Shown here one piece after another: positions 38,646-50,467 of a stretch of 64,000 bases of DNA (the first letter of the stretch is position 1; the number at the start of each line of letters is the position of its first letter). The notes beneath the pieces are model-generated. The model had not been told where the DNA came from. It worked only from the letters and a program-made list of their open reading frames with translations, and searched no databases. A program made the position numbers and the translations under genes. Source of the stretch: Ruditapes philippinarum (Eukaryota); assembly GCF_026571515.1 (NCBI RefSeq), contig NW_026851624.1, positions 186,001 to 250,000 on the forward strand. The letters run 5' to 3'.

Positions 38646-41600
38646 GTACGAATGGAATTTGCATATCATAAGCCGAATAAGGCCATATCGCCAAGAATGT
38701 GGAAGATTCTTCTAATATTATTTACAGTCTGTGGCAATTTCTCCCAGGTATATATGGCTGGACTGGGTTTCAGTTTTGGTGAAGGGTATATCCACCAAAA
38801 GTACGTTAATGGTGTAAAAGCAACTTTTAATTAATCTTTTTATAATCAAACCTAGTATATCAAGAAATGTATCATCTCTTTTACTTAAACTTTATTTTAA
38901 GCAAATCAATATTGATGTAAAATGATGTATCTATTTTCTAAATTAAGATAAGAACGGGCTTCTGCACAGTGCTTTTATTTCAAGGTCAAACGAACGACCA
39001 TTTGAGAAAATCACCAAGGTTGACAACAGCCATATCATAAAACGATTAATCATTCAAAAAAACAAAAAACAACAACAACAAAAAGAATAAAAACATATTG
39101 CCTGCATGACAAGAATAGCATATACCAACAAATCATGTACATGTACCTAGTTACTTACAATATGTGCATTACAATATAAAAAACTATGTAAAAACTATTA
39201 AATAAAGATATAATCACCAACTTTTCCAGGTAGTTTAATCAGTTATTTCATTTTTTATTTTGCTTAATTTTTTTTTATGGATAATTTTAAAGTATTTTAA
39301 AGGGGTTCTAAAAATGTCCTTTACTGTACTTTGGGTTTAAATTTGGGGAAAAGGGGGTGATAAAATTTCCAATTTTTGCTGCAATTGTTTTGATATGATA
39401 ATTATGACTTTAAGTACATTTTCTGTGTTTTCAAGTGAAATGAATTAATTGGCTCATTCATTTCAAAGTGTTTTATATTTTATATTGACAGGAATGCCTC
39501 GTCTGTTTCTTTGAGTGCCTATTAACATGTACCATAAGAATAAAACAACATACAAAGTGTTTAAATAATGAAATTGCCAAAAAGTGAATGAGCAAAAAAA
39601 ATTTGGCCTTCAAATATAAATGACACAACTATTATTTCAAGCGATATGAACTTGACATAAATTGTTTCAATGATGCTAAACATAAATTAGATAAAACGTT
39701 TATATTTTCGTTTTAAAATGCAAAGGATGGAACCTCAGTTATAATATCGTGTTTTTATTGTGCGGACTATGCACATAAAAAGCATAAGTGCAAGTCATGT
39801 TTGAAGTTGTTTGCAAAACAATGTTTTGCCTACTCGAATAAACGAATAAACTCTAGACAATAATGGTATATTCAAACTTAGTTGATATAATTCATAATAA
39901 TACACGAACTTAACTGTTGCCTTTCAATATATTGGTATTTAATAATTTAAGGAATTAAAAACTGTTATTTAGAAGAGAATGATGTCATACAGATATAACA
40001 AATGAACCTTATGTTGATCGTGCAACGTGCAAGTCTAAACAAATGCTGAATTTGTGATCATCTGAAATGGTAAGCAAATTATTGCGCTGAAATTCGTAAA
40101 AGGGGTAATTCCGACTGATTTTAACTAAGAAATATTAGAGACTTCCAGCTTATGTCTGTGTATTTGACCAGATTCTAGTAGATCCGAAAATGTATAATTA
40201 AAGTATTTCTTTATCTAGTTTAAATAATCTTGTGTTAATCTATACAACAAAACCAACGAATGACATCATTTCCAGAGGCACGTGAAGAACTGATATTGAT
40301 GCACCGGTATAAGTATTGTGTGGCCATGACATTAAATGTAACCCCGTTAAATATGTCTTCTCTTAACCATTTATGACAATAATACGCCTTCTAAAATATT
40401 GAAATAAAACTAAATGATTCATTTATGTTCTTACAAAAGATAAATGCTTAAATATTTATTTTGAATTCAATCTTTGTGATATTATATATTTTCGCTAATC
40501 AATTACATGATTTCTATCTACGTACAAATCTCGTATTAAAGTCACGTTTTTAGAAATTCGTTTATGGAAAATTAACTTTCTATAATCAATTTTGAAATCG
40601 GAGGGTGTGATATTCAATCTGTTAAGTGTTATTTTATGTTATTCAATAAAGGAAATCAATGTTTATTTCAAAAGATCAAATGCTTTATTTGACAGTTTTG
40701 TCTGCACAAGTTTGCTTTTAACTGTATGTCACTTGATTTATAATAGTTACAGAAAACACATTATTGACGGTTTAAAAGACATTCAAACAAGCACATTTTC
40801 ATTTTTTTCTCCTTTTTGGAACAAAACCACCACGCATAGAGACAAAGTGACAAAAGCTTGTGAGTGTTTTAAAACAACACATTTTAAGGGTAGTACAAAG
40901 GTATATTCATGGTTGAAAGTGTACAATGGACATGATGGGAAGTAGAGCGAATGTTTATCGTCAATATTTGGCATACTCTTTTTATTTGTTAGTCTTCAAG
41001 CGTCTTTGGCTCTAATCTGTATAAGGAATTGTTGTGAATCTTGAGTGGGTATGTAATTGGAATTTTTTGTTTCGTTTACGTGTTTTGCCGGTTCAGGCAA
41101 AAATAGACGAAAATGATGAAAAAAAAAACAAAACAAAACGTGATATATGACATTTACAAAAATCATGCGACTGAAATTGTTTCTTTGATACTTAAAGACT
41201 CACTTAACTGACAAAACTGCTTTAAACTTTAGACATCCTTAAGACATGTAAGAATAACCAATATTCAAGCTTGACTTGAATTTATTTTCTAACCGACCTG
41301 GATTTCTCTAAGAAACACGATATTTTTTAACGTCGTACATTAATCTTCGTTCCTAGATTAGCAATGTATCCGAATTTTTTTTTAAAGATTATGGGGATTT
41401 TAGTAAGACTAAAAAAGTCTTAGAGTACGAAATCGACTGCTTTTCCTGGCGACAAATCTATTTATCTGTTTATTCCATTTGACAAACTTCCATTGTATGT
41501 TTTAGTAACGGTAGACTTCTAATGTCGCAACATTATTCAATTACCGTTTTTGAGGCGAAATCCATTCCGTTCTATTATTTTTTCTTTATCATATTTGCAG

Positions 41601-43546
41601 CAGTTACTATTGTAGTAAGATCTAAGTAGACTTAGACATTCGTATACATTAAAACCTTCTAGGAATCAAAAATCCCATTTAATGTATTTACATCTTTTAT
41701 CAAGAACATCAGTGTTTATTTGTTTAACAGCACTTTGATTTATACGAAAAGTACAAAATTAAATAATTGTTTAATATCAAGTTATGTACTTCTTGTCGCT
41801 TTTATGTAAACAATCGCATATATGTTTCTACATTTTGCAGCATTTGCACTTCAATGAATACCGGAAAGGGCACCAGTCCCACAATTTAGAACAGCTCATC
41901 ACCACAGTTATTAGCACACCAATTTGTAATTGTGGAACTATTTTTTCTCTCTTTTATTTTTGCAATTTCAACAATAAAGTAAATCTTAAATTGAATGATA
42001 TCAATATTTTTGAACGTATTTGAATTATAGTTCAGTTCTGAGTTTCTCAAATGTGCTAGTCACGAAGCTCTGAAACATTCATTTATGAGCTTAGCTTGCC
42101 ATACACTTGCCATTTCTGTTTCTTAATCAATCCAAAGAATTAAATCCAAACTAAAGAAGAAGCCATCACCTATAAATAAGATACCCATTAATACGAAAAT
42201 TTCGGTCCAGAAAATGTCTTAAATTACTTCATTATATCCGCTTGACGCCTGGCATAGTGGTAGGAGTTGGGAGGTACATGGCATGCAAGCAAAAGGTCTC
42301 AGAAGTCAGAAATGGCTGGCCCTTTCAGTAGGGATGACACTATAATAAACAAGACCTTTACCTTTACCCTTTTTTTAAAAGTGAAAATATAAAAAGCTAT
42401 CTTAATATTCGATTTAAATTAAAAAAAAAAAGAACTAACTCTATAAGGTAGCCTCTCAATAAGTGGCAACAACAGATTTGAAAATGCATTTTGATTAAGA
42501 ATAATGGATTCGTTGCCTAGAACTTTGTCTGCTATAAAAAATCTAATAATCTAGAGGAAGCTTGTTAAAGCATATCCAGACAATGGCATAAGATGTGATT
42601 TGCATAGAAACATTGATAAAAATCAGAAAGAGCGATGTATTTCTTCAAAACATCTAAGTTGGCTGCAAATGACAAATTTTGTCTATTAACGATTAGGATA
42701 TTAAATAGTTTTTCTCCTTTTTGTTCTAGCTTGAACTTGGAATATTCTTGATCACTGAAACAGCTTTTACTCGTACGCATCAATATGAAGTTCTTAACAT
42801 ATATTTTCTTTGAACAACAAATTATGTATCATACATATCGACCAAACAAAACCGCTAAGATATTTGAAAATTATGATTAATAATATCTGTCATATTTTGC
42901 GGTTCGGATCGGAATATCCGTGCCGAGGAGACCTGCCCATTGGGCGGTAACGAGGCTTGAAGTTCTTATACTACGCGAGTGCATAAATGTAACATTCTCT
43001 TTTATATCTCTTTTTTCAGCTATTATTTTGATAAGCTGACTCAAACAGATATTAAATTTTGTTAAACACTAAATATAACATAAATATAAAAAAATGGTTT
43101 ATTCTGTACAGACTTTAAATCTATTAATTTAAAAAACATCACTGCATTTTGATACAAAATCTGCGAGAATGTCTGGTATTTCACAAACTGACAAAGCCTG
43201 CATTTGACATGTAATTTAAGTCCCTAGCTAATAATGAATAACGAGTAATTTTATGCTTCAGGAAAGAACGACCATTTCCGTGAAATAACTAATGATGCCC
43301 AAGCAAATGGCTCCGTCGAAAATTGCTAGATAGAATTTAAGGCACAAGTTAATGATCGTTTAATACGGGCATTATTAGCTTTGTGAAAAAAAAATCCTGA
43401 CACAAATGTCTATGTTATATATTATATAAATATATTATATTATTGATCTTAAATTGGGATTTAACTGAAACGTAAATTTCTACAACCCTGTGTTTTATGA
43501 GATTTGGTTTTTATTTGTTACATATACATGTAGAATTTAAACACAT

Positions 43547-43887
43547 ATCGAGTAAGAAATTATGAAATCTATCTCCAATCGAGTAAGAAATTATGACAGC
43601 TACCTCCAATCGAGTAACAAATTATGAAAGCTATCTCCAATCGAGTAACAAATTATGAAAGCTATCTCCAATCGAGTAACAAATTATGAAAGCTATCTCC
43701 AATCGAGTAAGAAATTATGAAAGCTATCTCAAAACGAGTAAGAAATTATGAAAGCTATCTCCAATCGAGTAAGAAATTATGAAAGCTATCTCCAATCGAG
43801 TAAGAAATTATGAAAGCTATCTCCAATCGAGTAAGAAATTTTGAAAGCTATCTCCAATCGAGTAAGAAATTTTGAAAGCTATCTCAA
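43547..43887 (+). repeat. 31-bp minisatellite, ~11 copies
   Basis: Unit ATCGAGTAAGAAATTATGAAAGCTATCTCCA. One monomer at the paralogous site ~35044-35074. Confidence 0.96.
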
Positions 43888-45135
43888 GTGGAGGTTATCA
43901 TATTTAGTAAATCGTCATACAAGTAGAAATATTGTATCTTTAATTAAAAAGCAAGCAAACAAACAAGAAATCAAAACAATCAAATCGAACATATAGCAAA
44001 TAAATATAATGTATGTAGTAGATTATATTCAGTTAATAATGTTAAAAAAAAGTTTGATGTAGACCGTAATTATTATTAGAATATTTTGTTTGTTTCATTA
44101 AATAAACCTTCCGACGCACTACTTTAAAGGATTAACTTCTTTGATTACATGTACCTAATGTTGTCAATGCTATTGAAAGAACGTTTGAATAAATTAAGCT
44201 CACCTGACAAATGAAAGTGACGCCAGGTCGGGAGAGTGTAATGATTTTTACACGAGTGATGAGAATCCGATGACGAAATTATTGAGAATGCATCGTTTAA
44301 TTAGCTTTTTTTTATTAATCATACACGCCACGTAGTCTTTTTAGATTCACCTTTGAATTTGTGAAGAATATAATTACTTCACAGTTCAGTATGCACTTAA
44401 TAGGTTTAGTGATATACCGATACTTTGTTCATGTCTCCTAGTCTGAGATCATTTTTCTATGCGGATTTTAAAACTAATCAAAACTAGAGATAGATCTAGT
44501 GCCCTCTGGGAAACATTGTCCGTAATAAATAACGAAACCCAGTTACGATATTTATATACTTTTATGTGTAGCGTCACTATGAGTACATTGAGGTGAAAAT
44601 TACTTGTTGCATCCGTCTATTCTTCGTCTTATATTTTTCAAGTTACTAACATGATCAAGATGGATGAGAACTTCACAAAAGAAAACCCGTACAGAACAAT
44701 TTTAACACTTATTCTATTAGAACTTATGTAAAAGTAACTCATGAAAATTAAACAAAAGCAGTGCAGATGAAGTACTTTTGTTTACTTTTGGGTTATAAAT
44801 GATTCTAGGAAAAACAAATTAGTTAATATATTTGTTTTAAATACATTTTAAAGATAATATAGGTCGATAAAATAATTTAAATAAAAGAGGATGTTATTTT
44901 TTTATTTTTTTTTTATTTCCGCTGAAGAATTTTAACAGTTAAAAGGTCTTTCCGGTATATAATCGCTTATATCAACCTGTCTTATATACGATTGTATTGT
45001 CTCTAATTTTGTAGAAATATAAATCTTTCACACACCATTTACATTTAAATGAGATATTTACTATAATTACCGACTAATGAAAGGCCCTAGAACTCAGGAT
45101 ATCATTTTGCTTTTCGCACGACAATACAATATAGA

Positions 45136-45407
45136 TCAGTTTTCCGATTAATCATTTTAAAACAGTTTTTATTGCACTGTCAGCGTTAAATCGCAATTAC
45201 AATAGATCGTTTCTTGGCTTTAAATGTTATGTGTAAACCAAAGTTTTGTCTATAATTGACAATTTCCCAATAATGGAATTCACCCTCTTCGAAGTTTTGG
45301 CAATATCTCACTTCTCATAAAATACCGACAATCAATACTGTAGCTCATATAGCGGAATTAATTTGGTCGTATTTTCAATATAATATAGCTACTTCATGGT
45401 AATGAGA
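45136..45407 (+). promoter_or_regulatory. Candidate promoter/first exon, paralogue: ATG GTA ATG AGA | gtaagt
   Basis: As for 36560-36828. Confidence 0.45.
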
Positions 45408-46099
45408 GTAAGTGTATACATACCAGTGTGAGAAAGAACTTCGTGTTTTCATCCATTTGTCATATTGATATATTGCATTTGACTTAAGTGGGTGCTAAAT
45501 CAAACCTTACCTGCAAGACTTTCATTTTGTTCGCAATATTTGCATGTATATGGTTTCCCTTATACACTGCTATATAATCAAATACAGCACCATAGAGAAA
45601 AAAACATATGTTGCATTTACATTGCGTTGTTCTTCTTCTTCTCATTACATGTACACTTAACATTGTCATGACAGTATCATGTTAGTTAACACAGTATATC
45701 ACTTTTGAATTATTTGAAGATCGATCATTGCTTACTAAAAGTGAAAGAATTTAAATAGGATAAAAGTAGATACAAACTATTTCCTTGTGGCTGGAGGTTG
45801 TCTTTATAGATTGAAGTATAGAAATTTCAAAAAACAAAAAACAGGGGTGGGGGACAATATATGATATACTGCCGCTATGTATCATTTGTCAATATAACAT
45901 GTGTACAGATAATTTGAAATTATAAAGCTTATGTCAATTTAGAATTTGCTCAAACTCAAGGAAAGATTCGACATTTCAATTTATATACATATATATTCAA
46001 AGAAATTGCGAACAACTGTATCTTAACACAGTAATGCCAATTAGATAAGAAGACAAAAAGGCAATAATGCTTATTTCAACGTCTGTGCTGCATTTTGTA

Positions 46100-46197
46100 A
46101 CACCCGAGGTTACCAAAATCATCTTTACTGTTTCGGCGCCATATACCTTTATTGTGTTGGTGCGCCGTAAAACCAACCAACCAAACAAACAAACACG
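46100..46197 (+). mobile_element. SINE 3' fragment; paralogue at ~37133-37225
   Basis: GGCGCCATATACCTTTATTGTGTTGGTGCGCCGTAAAACC followed by an (AACC/AAAC)n tail. Confidence 0.7.
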
Positions 46198-47326
46198 CAA
46201 TCAGGAGAATTTACTGCGTTTCCGTTACATTAAATGAACTCTTATCTGCCTGATAGAAATATAAGGCAGATGTTTTAAACAAATGTTGACTACATTGAGC
46301 AATTAGTGGGTTAATTAGCTCCTTTGTTTATATGTTGTTTTGTTTTACCTGCAGAAAACCATTTCTGCATTTAATTTTCACCTCATTCTTTAAAAGATAT
46401 AAAAATATACGGAACCTATATAACTCATTAGGATTTAGTTATCCTTAATTTGCTCCTATCTGCGTGTTATATTTTTTTAAACTAAAAGTACACTTCTCCC
46501 TTATTAATATTATCAACTGCCCTATTATTTATTTTAAACATGTCAGCTGGTGATCTGTTTGTTCCTGAACAGACTGTTTTTGTGTTATTGTTTCCTGTGA
46601 AAGTTTTTCTTGTTTAGAACGTTGTGCATACAAATCATTTTGCATTATTCAAAATGTGAAGCGATGCCTTTCACACATTTGAATGAACATGTTACGTGTG
46701 TCTTCCACACATGCATAGGTTTTTCATGGAATAGAATTACAACGTTTGTCATTTTTATTTGTTCATACATTTTAATACACTAGATATAGTATGCATGCAT
46801 TTTCATATGCACAAATACAGACATAATGTTCCTTCATCCGATCACATTTCTGGATATTATAAATAGATACTTTAAATGGTCTAAAGATAACGTTTAAAGG
46901 ACCTTGACAAAACTTCTTTGTGCATGCAATATGGCATTTATTTTCAGGTAAACTATAATGTTAAAATGAAGGGTTAAATTGACAAAATAATACTATAAAA
47001 GTATTGACACACATTGTGTATACAAACCCTTAATATTAGAATGTAATACAAAAGAGATTAACAAACGTCGTATGTTCAGTTGTGATTTATTTTGTTTTGG
47101 GCTCATTTACTTAATTGTTAAAGTCGTAAGCTAAATCAAGAAAAGATTATCATAGTGTTTGACATTAAGACTTATGCGGCGACATTCAGAAGGAATGTCT
47201 ATTTGAAAAAATATCTTTTGTTGAGAGGTACACATTCAAGCGCCGTAGTTTTCCAACACTTGATTACTTTACATATAGCTTGGTATTTATGTGTTATATT
47301 TGTATGTCACAAGCATTGTTTTTCAG

Positions 47327-47483
47327 AGTAAAAGAGAAAAAATAGCTCTTGGGAATTCGGTCTAATGTGAGCCTCCTATTACAGGCAACTTTGTACAAGC
47401 CAAGAAACTGTTACAAATTCTTGATATTCATTTTATAGAACAGAAATGTTACACATCATTAGACTTTCTTAGCCCCTTGAGAG
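47327..47483 (+). other. Paralogous 157-nt exon candidate, non-coding or pseudogenised
   Basis: Same splice sites, but TTA>TAA closes the frame that is open in 38489-38645. The other two frames are also closed. Confidence 0.4.
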
Positions 47484-48160
47484 GTACGCAGGGTATTTGC
47501 ATATAATTAGACGAATACGGTCAAAACGCCAAGAATGGGGAAGATTGTTCAAATATTATTTACAGTCCAAAGGAATGTCTCGATGGACTGTATGGCTGAG
47601 ATGGGTTTTTAGTTTTGGTGAAGGATATATTCGCACGAAAAGCTATCCAAAACATTAAACATGTGAATATTGAATATTACGTTAATGGTGTAAATAGCAA
47701 TTTTAAATCTTTTAAACTTTAGACCTTGAAGTATATCATGAAATGATTCAACTCCTTCATTATAAATAATCATTACTTTCAGCAAAGAAATGTTCATGTT
47801 ATGACATTAAGTTAAGAACCCATGATACTCTTTTCAAGATCAGAAAAACGCTGGTATATCAGTTCGTTTATAGGGTGAACATCAAAGCATCAAAGAACGT
47901 TTCCTTAAATGGAAACAGCAAAATCATATAACGATCAATCTTTCAAAATCTTAAATGTACATTGTCTGCACGAAAAGAAATAGCATATACCAATAGGCCA
48001 TATACCTAGTGACTTATATATATGTGCATTACAATATAAAAGAGCTATTTTAGAACTATTGAATATAGATATAATCCCATAACGCATTTTAACGTAAATT
48101 AAATATATTATGTGATTTTCAAATGAACACCGATAACCCCAACTTAAGACATGTACAAAA

Positions 48161-48465
48161 TCAGTGCAGAACCACGGTTTCCTTCTTTTCCATTTATTCA
48201 TGAATAATAAGTATTCTTGTTGTATTCCCATCTTTAAATCATTATTTTCTAGACCCTTCTTTGGCGTTGTACCATTTAATATATTACACGAACGCTGGTG
48301 TGCGCGTCTACAATTTCCCCGGTAATGGCAATGTTCTCTATAAAGTTTTGGCAATCTACCACATCTAAGCAAATCCCGCTAATCAATACAGGAATTTTAT
48401 CCTAAATTAGTCGAATAAATCTGCCCAAATCTTTCTTAACACTAAGGCTAGAATATATGAGAAAG
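48161..48465 (+). promoter_or_regulatory. Diverged candidate promoter/first exon: ATG AGA AAG | gtaata
   Basis: ACAATTTCCC..TAATGG...AAGTTTTGGCAAT...AATCAATAC is homologous to 36680-36760. ATG at 48457, donor at 48466. The 5' boundary is a guess from TCAGTG. Confidence 0.35.
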
Positions 48466-48857
48466 GTAATAGTTACTAGAGAGGGAAAGTAGGCATTATT
48501 TAATGATTAATCACATTTATAGGACACGAGGATAATCATTTATATGCCCTTTCAAATCTCTGCTTTTAAGGCCTTCCTTACTTTAACTATGACCTTGTGC
48601 GTTTATATTTATAAGGTTTGTGCAAGAACAGTATTTATGCTTTCAACGGTATTGACGTTAAGAAAACATTCTGGTTGTGCCCGTGTTAATACACTGAACT
48701 TCAAGTCCATATATTGATATATTCATGTATATGATAATTAAAAGTGCTTTATTAATCAAATATTAAATGAAAAGTTGAACCAAAATAGTTTATATATACC
48801 ATATTGATAATAAAAAAATCAATGTGCCTTGCGCCATCTTATGTACATAATCAAACT

Positions 48858-48975
48858 TAAAATAGAGAAAGGAAGAATCCAAAAAGAAATCCCAACACGG
48901 CAAAATTGTAAATGTTGCAGGCTTGGTCCCCAAGTAAAACATGCATGTGCCCTAAACGAAAAAAAAATGGGCGGA
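48858..48975 (+). mobile_element. Internally deleted copy of the hairpin-rich repeat; a further degenerate copy lies at ~9265-9318
   Basis: CCCAACACGGCAAAATTGTAAATGTTGCAGGCT followed by TGTGCCCTAAACGA...AATGG, matching both ends of 57459-57779. Confidence 0.75.
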
Positions 48976-50179
48976 ACATAATAAAATGGAATTTTGAAAG
49001 GGGCTCAGAGGTTATGAAGCCTGCATATCACAGATAATACGTCAAAAGACAAATTTAAAAAGCATGCCACATATTCTAAGGGTGATTCAACAGTATTCAA
49101 GTGAGGAATACTGGAACCACCCAAGAAGAAAATAGCCGAATAGACAGAGCACAGCAAAATTGTCGTGCTGAACGATCTTTAAGGATCGGAAATATAACAT
49201 CTCTGATTGAATGTACGGGGCGACTTTTTACAGCCTCCACACGGCACAAACAACGCTGATGTGGCGATAAAATAGAGAAAGTAAGAATCCCCATTTTATT
49301 TTATGCACTATGAATCATATGTTAAACTAAATGTGCACTAATAAAATATGTTAATAAATTTAAATATACAATTAGTATATGTTTGTAAGCATTTATGTGT
49401 AGACCAAAATTAAGAAAGAAGACACAATTAGTATATTTTACGATGTATGATTTGTTTAGGATTAGGCACAATTATAATGTACATTCTACAAATATCACAA
49501 AATGCCTACATAGCACTTTTGTGTAGATTGTACTTAGAAATATAGTTCCTTTAAAGGCGGGAAATGTTCGTCTGATACACATCTGCCACTTAATGTTTAT
49601 TCAAACACTAGGCACATACATATAGCTTTAGGCAATAAATGGCGATGACATATGTGTCTCGCTCTGTGGGAAAATGTGTATTATATTACAGCAATATCAA
49701 TCTTACTATTGTTTATCTGTTTCAAGACAAATACAAAGTAAACAAGCAATAAATTATTGACACTGTCTTGGGAAGTAAGTTATTTTCTTGCAGAGGGTTG
49801 TCATAAGAATTCAAATGAACCACATCGTCGACTGCAAAAATGTTTCCACGTCAATATTTTACTACCGTAGCAATTGAAATTTGTGGCAAAATGACAGCAA
49901 TGGATTTATTCATATTCTGCCTTGTTACGTAAACATTTTTATAATACATTTTTGCAAAATACTTTGAAGGTAATCAACTATTTTCAGATAAATTGAACAC
50001 TATCACACGTTTTTCACCGGAGAAGTTTTTATAACAATGCGTAAAATGTAAAAATGGGTAAAGTAAATGACCTTTCGTAAAAGATATAATTTTATCACGG
50101 AAAAAATGTCAAAATGGCTGATGGAAAAGCTAAAAATTACTTTTGCTTATGACAGTATTTTGCCTTAAATTTCCACAGA

Positions 50180-50467
50180 CTAAAGGGGCTCCACTAAGCT
50201 TTTTGACATGGTTGGACCAATTTTTTTTTAATTTTCATTTGACGCAGGTCTAAGCCAATAACCTTTGTGAATTTTTTAGATAATTCTCCCACTCCATTTT
50301 ACCAGAATAACTATTCTAATTGTGAGAAAATTACACTAAAATGAAAAATGTTGCATAGCTTTTTTGTGTATTTTTGTAATTCACATTTTGCCTAGTTTTA
50401 AGTGATCCAGCTGATCTTTGTAGGAAATTCTTTTTTTGGCTTTTAGACCTCAGTTGAGTTCCTTTAA
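50180..50467. mobile_element. Kolobok-like MITE
   Basis: Imperfect TIR TAAAGGGGCTCCACT / AGTTGAGTTCCTTTA (12/15 match), with CTAA and TTAA at the ends. Confidence 0.6.

Larger units (their letters stand above)
30300..39220 (+). repeat. Tandem segmental duplication, unit 2a (~8.9 kb)
   Basis: Collinear with ~39221-48080: 30696-30778 equals 39606-39688 (83 bp identical); 33295-33520 matches 42460-42688; 38489-38645 matches 47327-47483. Confidence 0.96.
39221..48080 (+). repeat. Tandem segmental duplication, unit 2b (~8.9 kb)
   Basis: Direct copy of unit 2a. The end ...CTATTGAATATAGATATAATC matches ...CTATTAAATAAAGATATAATC at ~39195-39215. Confidence 0.96.

Noticed and set aside
38697-38747. 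Signal-peptide-like MWKILLILFTVCGNFSQ with a donor
   Set aside because: The paralogue at 47535 loses hydrophobicity and the donor.
43547-43887. CRISPR-like 31-bp repeats
   Set aside because: No unique spacers, eukaryotic context and no cas genes; an ordinary minisatellite. The same applies to 18832-19180.
47935-48372. 145-aa minus-strand ORF
   Set aside because: Crosses a duplication boundary, is not preserved in paralogous sequence and has no recognisable domain.
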